NCBI GenBank assembly: GCA_964639595.1
Contig: CAZXEC010000001.1
Span: 187,750 to 251,749 of the forward strand
Direction of reading: 5' to 3'
DNA: 64,000 bases
Source: an uncultured Gammaproteobacteria bacterium
GTDB taxonomy: Bacteria; Patescibacteriota; Microgenomatia; CAZXEC01
The notes below the pieces were generated by a model. It was not told the DNA's origin. It saw only the letters and a program-made list of their open reading frames with translations, and searched no databases. This document shows positions 1 to 7,375 of this stretch, piece after piece (within the stretch, counting starts at the first letter, position 1; each line of letters opens with the position of its first letter). The position numbers and the translations under genes were made by a program.

Positions 1-20
1 GATATAAATGGGGCATCAGT

Positions 21-971
21 ATGAAGTTTAAGAAAATTCTAATGATCGGATACTCCAGAGGTGATTTGGGGGAAGATCAAGAAAATCGCCTCGATAGGCT
101 GGGACAAGAGGTTATTAGATTACCAAAAGACAGCCAGAATCTTGCTAAACACCTTCCCGACACAGATTGCCTGCTGGTTAGGCTAGGAGCAAGTGTTGAT
201 CAAACAATGATGAATAGTGCCCCAGAGTTGAAATATATCGGTATGCTGGGGACAGGATATGGCAGGATTGATGCCAAATATGCATCCCAGAAAGGTATTG
301 TAGTTTGCAATATCGCCGGCTATAGTACCGAAGGTGTTGCGGAGCTTGTTTTTGGAGTAATTTTAGAACACCTTAGGGAGTTGGAAAGAGCTAAATCTTA
401 AGCCAGAAGAGGAGACTATTCGGAAGCCACCTTTCAAGGGCATGAGTTAAAAGATAAAAAATTTGGAGTCATCGGTTTGGGGAGGATTGGACAGAGAGTA
501 GCCAAGATTGCCCATGCTGGTTTTGAGGCCAGAGTATCTTATTGGTCCAGGAGTAGAAAAAAGAATTTAGAAAGATCAGGAGTCAGCTTTAAAAATATAG
601 ATACTCTCCTGAAAGAATGTGATGTTGTCTCCATAAACCTTGCTTATGTCCCTCAAACCAAAGGTTTTTTAACTAGTCAAAGAATCAAGTTAATTAAACC
701 GGGAGCAGTCGTAGTAAATGTTGCCCCCATGGAATTAGTGGACATTACAGCATTAGCAGCTAGACTAAAGATGAAAGATATAACTTTTATTCTTGATCAC
801 TCGGATGAATTATCTCCTGATGAAGCGAAAATGTTGGCTTTATATAAAAACTGTATAATGTATCCTCCCATAGGGTATATCACTAAAGAAGCGACCCAGA
901 CGAAGCTTAGCATGTTTGTTGATAATATAGAAAACTATCTTAAGGGTTCGCCTACGAATAAGGTCAACTAG
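21..971 (+). pseudogene. D-isomer-specific 2-hydroxyacid dehydrogenase interrupted by one in-frame TAA (399-401)
   Basis: ORFs 21..401 and 477..971 share a frame. Reading through TAA gives RAKS*ARRGDYSEATFQGHELKDKKFGVIGLGRIG (Rossmann GxGxxG); the catalytic-domain motifs GTGYGRID and VCNIAGYSTEGVAE lie upstream. Confidence 0.8.
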
Positions 972-1018
972 GTTAGATACAAACCTGTTACGTATAAGCT
1001 TTTGCTAAGTAGCCGCCA

Positions 1019-1489
1019 ATGGACATCAAGAATTTACGGCAGTTTTTAATTGACTCCAATCAAGCCGGGTATGCCAGCGGCCAGGAAAAGAAATGGATAA
1101 AAGAAGCTGATGGATCAACTACCATTCCCTTTGAAAAGGGTGATTGGAAATCTCATGATAATTTTTTTGGCGGCGAGCCGTATGGCGGGAGAACGATAGT
1201 ATTTTATAAAGAGAAACCGGTGTGGATTATGGTCTATTATGGTTGGGCGACAGAAGAGGTGGAAACAAATCCCATCTATCAGGTTTTGAGAAATGCCCTA
1301 ATGAAAATGCCCCAAGATCATCCTTTTAGAGGGCCTGGCAAGTATCAAGATGGAGAATATATTTATACTAATTTGTGGTCAGGAGAGTTGGAAAGGTTTT
1401 TTGGTGAAGAAAAGATTATTCAAAACGATAAGTTAGTTTACAAGGCAAATTATCTGGGCGGTTTGGTTGATCAAAGAAGGGGGATTTGA
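1019..1489 (+). CDS. DUF5680-like protein of unknown function
   Basis: Motifs DNFFGGEPYGG, PVWIMVYYG and PFRGP recalled as typical of this family. Confidence 0.65.
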   Translation: MDIKNLRQFLIDSNQAGYASGQEKKWIKEADGSTTIPFEKGDWKSHDNFFGGEPYGGRTIVFYKEKPVWIMVYYGWATEEVETNPIYQVLRNALMKMPQDHPFRGPGKYQDGEYIYTNLWSGELERFFGEEKIIQNDKLVYKANYLGGLVDQRRGI

Positions 1490-1683
1490 TAATGAAAGAA
1501 CCTGATCAAAACAATGAAATAATATCAAAGCACAACCGCCAGCAAAGAGAAGAGGCCCAAAAAGCAGCTCAAGTGTTTCATCCGCCGTTATTGTACAGAG
1601 ACAGACCTCGTTCCAGAAAAGAGAGAGATAAAGCATTAAACCTGCTGATCAAGAAAGTCAGAAAAAGCAGACGAAAAATATGA
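1486..1683 (+). CDS. small basic hypothetical protein
   Basis: 65-aa ORF overlapping both neighbours by 4 nt, consistent with translational coupling. Confidence 0.45.
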   Translation: MIMKEPDQNNEIISKHNRQQREEAQKAAQVFHPPLLYRDRPRSRKERDKALNLLIKKVRKSRRKI

Positions 1684-2018
1684 GTGATCTGGCCAGTAAA
1701 AAATGTCTACCATGCCGAGCCGGAACGCCACCCATGACCAGAGATGAGGCAGAGAAGTTTTTGCCGCAGGTGTCTGGCTGGGAATTGGTGGAAAAAGAAA
1801 ATGGCCAGTTGAGGATCAAGAGAGTGTTCCAATTACCTGATTTTAAGCAGGCTATGGAGCTAGCTAACAAAATTGCCGATATTGCAGAGCAGCAAGATCA
1901 CCATCCGGTTTTGAATGTTTCCTACGGCAGGTTAAGGGTGGAGATAGTCAGCCATATCATCAAAGGTCTTTCAGAAAGTGATTTTATTCTGGCAGCCAAA
2001 ATTAACAAGATTGAATAA
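1680..2018 (+). CDS. phhB: pterin-4-alpha-carbinolamine dehydratase
   Basis: CLPCRAG N-terminus, AEQQDHHP motif, GLSESDFILAAKI C-terminus. Confidence 0.9.
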   Translation: MSDLASKKCLPCRAGTPPMTRDEAEKFLPQVSGWELVEKENGQLRIKRVFQLPDFKQAMELANKIADIAEQQDHHPVLNVSYGRLRVEIVSHIIKGLSESDFILAAKINKIE

Positions 2019-2039
2019 CTTTTTTACCTTTGAGTAAAA

Positions 2040-2753
2040 TTAGTATCCACTAAACAATTCAAACCTGATTTGTTCGGCTGGTATCTGCATTGATAAAAGT
2101 AATTCTTTGAAGGCTGCGACCATTTTGGCTGGCCCACAGATATAAAATATGGTTTGGTTGAGGTTGGTAGCGTATTGTTTTATCAAATTTTCATCAATTC
2201 TGCCGACCCGGCCGCTCCAGGTCTGTTTTGACTCTTCCGGATGGGTAATGGTATGCACTACCTGCAAGCTTAAGGCAGATTCATATTCATCCAACTCTTG
2301 GGCAAAAATAATTTCTTCCGGTACAGTATTGGAATAAAGCAGAGTAATGGGCAAGTTCAGGCCAGCATCCAGGCTGTATTTGATCATGGATCTAAACGGA
2401 GTAATGCCAATGCCTCCGGCAATCATCAGGTGCTGGCCAAATTTACCGCTTTGATCCAGGGTAAACTTGCCCTGCGGCCCGGCGGCGCTCAAGATTGCCC
2501 CAGGTTCAGTTTGCAGCAGTTGCTTTTTAAACGGACTACCGGAGATTTTTGTGGTAATGGCCACTGTCTTTTCAGAAGGAGAGGTAGCAATGGTAAAAGG
2601 CCGCTTGTTGCCTCGAGGATCAACTTCTGTCAGGGCCTGTTCCCATACTAAATATTGGCCGGCATTCCAGGAGAAATCACTTTGTTCAGGATCAAAGAAA
2701 AAAGAATAAGCATTTGAAGATTCCTGTTTTTTTTGGATAAACCTAAATTGCAT
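2040..2753 (-). CDS. ferredoxin-NADP reductase-like FAD/NAD(P)-binding oxidoreductase
   Basis: RPFTIATSP, GPQGKF, AGGIGITPF, YICGP, ELFSGY; start moved to ATG at 2753. Confidence 0.85.
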   Translation of the reverse strand: MQFRFIQKKQESSNAYSFFFDPEQSDFSWNAGQYLVWEQALTEVDPRGNKRPFTIATSPSEKTVAITTKISGSPFKKQLLQTEPGAILSAAGPQGKFTLDQSGKFGQHLMIAGGIGITPFRSMIKYSLDAGLNLPITLLYSNTVPEEIIFAQELDEYESALSLQVVHTITHPEESKQTWSGRVGRIDENLIKQYATNLNQTIFYICGPAKMVAAFKELLLSMQIPAEQIRFELFSGY

Positions 2754-2804
2754 TCTGCAAGTATTGTATGAGATACGGCCATCAAGGTACAATGGGGCAA
2801 GTTT

Positions 2805-3524
2805 ATGGTGCCTGAATTGACCGTCTATTTAGTTGATGAATTAATTTGGGAGACGCCGACTGTTTTTCGCCTCAAACTTACTTCAGAAAACGGTCGGATT
2901 TTTGACTTTTTGCCTGGCCAGTTCGCCATGCTGGGGCTGCCCTATCAAGGGCAAGTAGTCAAAAGAGCCTATTCTATTTCCAATTGGCCTGCAGCTAAAG
3001 ATTATCTGGAGTTTACAATCAGAGTAACTGGCCAGTTCAGTCAAGCATTAAGTCAGAAAAAACCAGGAGATCAAGTTTTGGTCCAAGGACCGTATGGGTT
3101 GTTTATTTTTGACAAAAATATTGTCAAAAAGGCGGTATTTTTGGCAGGCGGTGTGGGCATTGCTCCGGAAAAATCTATGATCGAATATATCAAAGACCAA
3201 AAGCTGCAAATTCCTGTTTGGCTTTTTTATGCCAATAGGTCACCGGATGAGGTTGCTTATTTTGAGGAATTAAGTCAAATGACAAAAAACTATCCTTGGT
3301 TTAAGACCATCTTGGCAGTTGATAATCCCGATGATAACTGGCAGCAAGCAGTTGGCTTCGTCAATCAAGATTTAATGGAAGAACATTTTAATAACTGGCT
3401 AGATAGTACCTTTTTTGTGTGTGGCCCACCTGCCTTCGTGGAGGCTACAACGCAGATTATTAAACAAAAGGGTGTTGATCCTAAAAATATCAAAACTGAA
3501 AGATTCGTTGGCCTTGATAAATAG
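2805..3524 (+). CDS. ferredoxin-NADP reductase-like FAD/NAD(P)-binding oxidoreductase
   Basis: PGQF, RAYSISN, GPYGLF, AGGVGIAP, FVCGPP, TERF. Confidence 0.85.
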   Translation: MVPELTVYLVDELIWETPTVFRLKLTSENGRIFDFLPGQFAMLGLPYQGQVVKRAYSISNWPAAKDYLEFTIRVTGQFSQALSQKKPGDQVLVQGPYGLFIFDKNIVKKAVFLAGGVGIAPEKSMIEYIKDQKLQIPVWLFYANRSPDEVAYFEELSQMTKNYPWFKTILAVDNPDDNWQQAVGFVNQDLMEEHFNNWLDSTFFVCGPPAFVEATTQIIKQKGVDPKNIKTERFVGLDK

Positions 3525-3576
3525 TTGACACGAAGGTCTTGATTTTTGTTATGATTAAAGTAAGGTCATATATCCA

Positions 3577-3978
3577 ATGCAGCCCAAAATACTTTTAGTT
3601 GAAGATGATACCTCTTTATCTCAATTATATAAGGTTGAACTGGAGCTTAAAGGCTACCAAGTAATCATTGCTGCAGATGGGCAAGAGGGCCTGGATCTGG
3701 CGGCAAAAGAAAAACCTGACCTGGTCCTTTTGGATGTGATGATGCCAAAACTTAATGGGCTGGAAGCCTTAAAAAGACTTAAGGATAATCCGGAAACCGA
3801 AAGCATTCCGGTGGTGGTAATTACTAATTTCGGCCAAGAAGATATCATCAAGGGGGCGTTTGATGCCGGCGCTAGTGACTTGGTACTAAAATATCAAATA
3901 ACCCCGGCGGAATTGGCCGATAAAATTAAAACGATTATGGCACCTGTACATTATGATATACCGGAAGGAGCAGACTAG
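3577..3978 (+). CDS. stand-alone response regulator receiver protein
   Basis: ILLVEDD, LLDVMMP phosphoacceptor; no output domain. Confidence 0.9.
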   Translation: MQPKILLVEDDTSLSQLYKVELELKGYQVIIAADGQEGLDLAAKEKPDLVLLDVMMPKLNGLEALKRLKDNPETESIPVVVITNFGQEDIIKGAFDAGASDLVLKYQITPAELADKIKTIMAPVHYDIPEGAD

Positions 3979-4385
3979 TGCCGGAAGACTTTTCAGAGTA
4001 TAAGAAGTTATTAACAGAAATTATCCAAAAACAAATCATTATCTTGGGTCCGGACGTGGCATTGGTCAAAGCTCGCAGTGTGGCCGGGCTTCAGGTTGGC
4101 AATGACGGTTCTGTCACTGGAATTTCTGGAGATCCTAAGGCAGCCCTGCAGGCGTTAATTGACGAGTACGTATCCTTGTCTGGCTTAATAGTCAAGAAAA
4201 CCATGGAGCCGTTGTTACAAAAATATCCCGGGCTAGGATCAGTCATGGTAGCAGCAGCTGGTACAACTGCAATGTCAACGCCAGAAGCGCCGGCTATTGC
4301 CGGGCAAGTACCAGCACAACCGCCAATCCAGCCAATGCCAACACCACCAAATGCCTCTGGTGCGGAAGGAGGAGACAAACAGTAA
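3978..4385 (+). CDS. hypothetical protein in two-component operon (globular N-terminus, Pro/Ala-rich tail)
   Basis: GTG start overlaps upstream stop, and its stop overlaps the next ATG. Confidence 0.7.
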   Translation: MPEDFSEYKKLLTEIIQKQIIILGPDVALVKARSVAGLQVGNDGSVTGISGDPKAALQALIDEYVSLSGLIVKKTMEPLLQKYPGLGSVMVAAAGTTAMSTPEAPAIAGQVPAQPPIQPMPTPPNASGAEGGDKQ

Positions 4386-4696
4386 TGGAATTAATTGTAC
4401 AAAAAATTATCGAAGTTGCGGCATTTTTGTCCGCCTTTGCCGGAATTGTGGCAGCACTGGTCATGTTTCAAGTAACCAAAAAATTCGGCACTGGGTTGGT
4501 TGCTTCCGGCTATAGGTATATTGCCTTTGGGGTACTTTTTATTGGTGTGGCTATGGTAATTGATGCAATCAGTTTAGTATTAGGTTTGCAGGGGGACTAT
4601 ATATCTTTATTTAAGGCCATACTTTTGGCAATTGGCACTTATATTATTGTTATTGGCACCAAAAACACTGCTGATCGCTTAGAAAAATTGCGTTAG
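4385..4696 (+). CDS. small membrane protein, about 3 TM helices
   Basis: Three hydrophobic segments; GGAGGAG upstream; coupled in operon. Confidence 0.7.
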   Translation: MELIVQKIIEVAAFLSAFAGIVAALVMFQVTKKFGTGLVASGYRYIAFGVLFIGVAMVIDAISLVLGLQGDYISLFKAILLAIGTYIIVIGTKNTADRLEKLR

Positions 4697-4711
4697 TTAG
4701 TTGATATTAAC

Positions 4712-6379
4712 ATGTTCCCTGCCACGATCCTGCCTATTTTATTTGGTGTGCTGGCTCTGATTATTTTTTTCTTGATACTGATTATTTTCAAGCAAGCACA
4801 AGATAGAAAAAGATTTACTGCTGATATCTCCAGACAAATTTATCAGTTGACCATTCTCAAGGAGTTGGGTGAAAGGATAGGATATTCATTAAATGTTGAA
4901 AAAATAGTGGATATTATTATCAATTCCTTAGAAAACCTGCTTAGTTATTCTGCAGTCTCTTATTTGCTGTTTAATCCGCATTATAAACCAGGTGAATCAT
5001 TTCGGCCGGTCATTGTTAAGTTTGCCATTAAGGAATCTGTTAACCGATCTTTTGTCGATGATGTAAAAAGTCGCATGCTCAAATCAATATCTGCCTTAAC
5101 TTCCCAAGAATGGGAGCAAAATCAAGCAGAAGAACTAATATCCGGGCAAGCCATTGATGAGAAAAAAACTGACCAGGTCAGGTCTTATTTTAACATTCCG
5201 CTGGTTATCAATGAGAGATTAGTCGGACTGTTGACAGTGGCTTCAACCAAGCCGGGCCTTTACGGGCAGGAGGAAACGAATATTTTATATGCCATTATTG
5301 GTCAAGCCTCAACTGCCGTTTCTAAGTTGGAGCAAATTTTGGAGGTGGAAAAGGGTAAACTGGCCTCGACCATTGCTTCCATGTCAGATGGTGTGTTGAT
5401 GATTGATGTTTCCGGGCAGTTGGTACTTGCCAATCCTAAAGCGGCACAATTATTAAACGTTGCCGACGCTAGCACTCTGACCATTTTTGAAGTCATAAAA
5501 TCTTTTCCTCAACAAGTGAACCTGGCTCAACTAATGGGACAAATCCAAAAAAACCCTGTGCCGGTGGTAGTCAATGAAACTCAAATGGGGCAAAGGCTAG
5601 TCAGGATATATGCCAATCCGGTGAAAGATAACCAAAATAATAATATTGGGGTAGTGATTATTCTGCATGATATCACCAAAGAGAAGGAACTGGAAAAATT
5701 ACGGCAGAATTTTACTGCCATGATTGTTCATGAGTTGAGATCTCCTCTGACTGTGGTTAGGGGCACTGCTGATACAATTATGAAACATGCACAGCAACTT
5801 GACGAACCAACCAGGACTAAGTTGCTTGCAGGTATGTATGAATCAGCCTCATCAATGCTGCAGATGGTAAATGACCTGTTAGATGCTGCTAAAATTCAGG
5901 CTGGGCGCTTTGAGATCAAACTCAAGAAAGAATCTCTGATGCCCATTATTGAAGATCGAGTGGGATATTATCAAATTTTGGCAAAAGATCGCGGTTTGAC
6001 CCTGTCTGGACAAATGCCCAAAAATTTGCCCGAGTTGCCTATGGATGCAGATAGAATAAAACAAGTCTTGAATAACCTGTTGTCTAATGCTATTAAATTT
6101 ACTTCCCCCCAAGGACAGATCTTGATCTCTGCCTGGTCAGATGATAGAGCTGTTACAGTGGCTGTCAAGGATACTGGCATAGGCATAAGTAAAGAAGCCC
6201 AAAGGAAATTATTCAGCCCATTTGAGCAAGTGTCGGAAATAAAAGATGCCGCAGAGCGAGGAACAGGGCTAGGATTAACAGTCGCCAAAGGCATTATTGA
6301 AGCGCATAAAGGTAAAATTTGGGTAGAATCCCAAGAAGGTCAAGGTAGCACTTTTTATTTCAGCTTACCTTTGGCATAA
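4712..6379 (+). CDS. sensor histidine kinase (TM-GAF-PAS-HisKA-HATPase)
   Basis: H-box VHELRSPL, N-box NLLSNAIKF, G1 DTGIG, G2 GTGLGL; PAS SMSDGVLMID; GAF NIPLVINERLVGLL. Confidence 0.92.
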   Translation: MFPATILPILFGVLALIIFFLILIIFKQAQDRKRFTADISRQIYQLTILKELGERIGYSLNVEKIVDIIINSLENLLSYSAVSYLLFNPHYKPGESFRPVIVKFAIKESVNRSFVDDVKSRMLKSISALTSQEWEQNQAEELISGQAIDEKKTDQVRSYFNIPLVINERLVGLLTVASTKPGLYGQEETNILYAIIGQASTAVSKLEQILEVEKGKLASTIASMSDGVLMIDVSGQLVLANPKAAQLLNVADASTLTIFEVIKSFPQQVNLAQLMGQIQKNPVPVVVNETQMGQRLVRIYANPVKDNQNNNIGVVIILHDITKEKELEKLRQNFTAMIVHELRSPLTVVRGTADTIMKHAQQLDEPTRTKLLAGMYESASSMLQMVNDLLDAAKIQAGRFEIKLKKESLMPIIEDRVGYYQILAKDRGLTLSGQMPKNLPELPMDADRIKQVLNNLLSNAIKFTSPQGQILISAWSDDRAVTVAVKDTGIGISKEAQRKLFSPFEQVSEIKDAAERGTGLGLTVAKGIIEAHKGKIWVESQEGQGSTFYFSLPLA

Positions 6380-6388
6380 TACAAGAAT

Positions 6389-6763
6389 ATGGCAGGTCAA
6401 ACAAGCATTCTTTTAATAGAAGACGAGAAAACCATGGCAGAGTTGTATAAAACCACTTTGGAGCTGGCAGGTTTTAAGGTAACTCTGGCGATCGATGGTA
6501 AGGTAGCCTTGGCCAGAGCTCTTCATGAACCGTATGATATGATCATCTTGGATCTGATGTTGCCGCTAGTTAATGGTATGGATGTCTTGAAAGTACTAGG
6601 AGAGAAAGGCATTTTGCCAAAAACACCGGTAGTTGTTTTCACTAACCTGCCGGATGAATTAGAAGAAGCCAAAAAACTGGGAGCCAGAGAGTATTTTATC
6701 AAAGCGGAAATGACTCCTGATCAACTAGTAGAGCAAGTCAAAAAAATCCTTGCAAAACCATAA
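6389..6763 (+). CDS. stand-alone response regulator receiver protein
   Basis: LLIEDE, ILDLMLP, YFIK; no output domain. Confidence 0.9.
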   Translation: MAGQTSILLIEDEKTMAELYKTTLELAGFKVTLAIDGKVALARALHEPYDMIILDLMLPLVNGMDVLKVLGEKGILPKTPVVVFTNLPDELEEAKKLGAREYFIKAEMTPDQLVEQVKKILAKP

Positions 6764-6807
6764 GCTTTACACCCCAACCTGCTCCCGACTTAAAAATAAT
6801 TTGGGAC

Positions 6808-6848
6808 TTGACAAGTACAAGATATTGTGTGAATACTAGATGTAGTAT
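6808..6848 (+). promoter_or_regulatory. sigma70 promoter overlapped by two NrdR boxes
   Basis: TTGACA at 6808-6813; GTACAAGATATTGTGT (6815-6830) and ATACTAGATGTAGTAT (6833-6848) fit the NrdR-box consensus acaCwAtATaTwGtgt, directly upstream of nrdR-nrdJ. Confidence 0.8.
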
Positions 6849-6853
6849 ACGAT

Positions 6854-7306
6854 ATGTTGTGTCCCTTTTGCGGCAATCAAGAAACACGGGTAGTTGATAA
6901 AAGGGAGCAAGACAACAAAACTACTAGACGCAGAAGAGAGTGTTTTGGCTGCAGCAGGCGATTCACGACTTTCGAGAGGGCAGAGACACTGGATACTTTA
7001 GTGATAAAAAAGGACAACCATAGAGAGGCGTTTGATCGGTTAAAAATAAGAAACGGTATTGTAAAGGCTTGTGAGAAGCGCCCGGTGAGCGCAGATCAGA
7101 TCGAAGCAATGGTTGATACGGTTGAGAGAGAGGTCAGGGCCCTGTCGGCCAGAGAGATATCTTCCAAGAAAATTGGGGAATTGGTAATGAGGGTCTTGCG
7201 CAAGGTTGATAAAGTGGCGTATATTCGGTTTGCGTCAGTTTACCGGGAATTTACAGACCTGGCTGATTTCCAAAAAGAAGTTGCCAAACTGATCAACAAA
7301 AAGTAG
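6854..7306 (+). CDS. nrdR: transcriptional repressor NrdR
   Basis: CPFC, RRRREC zinc ribbon, ATP-cone, VAYIRFASVY. Confidence 0.97.
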   Translation: MLCPFCGNQETRVVDKREQDNKTTRRRRECFGCSRRFTTFERAETLDTLVIKKDNHREAFDRLKIRNGIVKACEKRPVSADQIEAMVDTVEREVRALSAREISSKKIGELVMRVLRKVDKVAYIRFASVYREFTDLADFQKEVAKLINKK

Positions 7307-7375
7307 AATCGTCGAGGCGTTTTCTTTTAATAATTAAACAGATCATCCAACCAAAATTATTAAATTTAAAAATTT

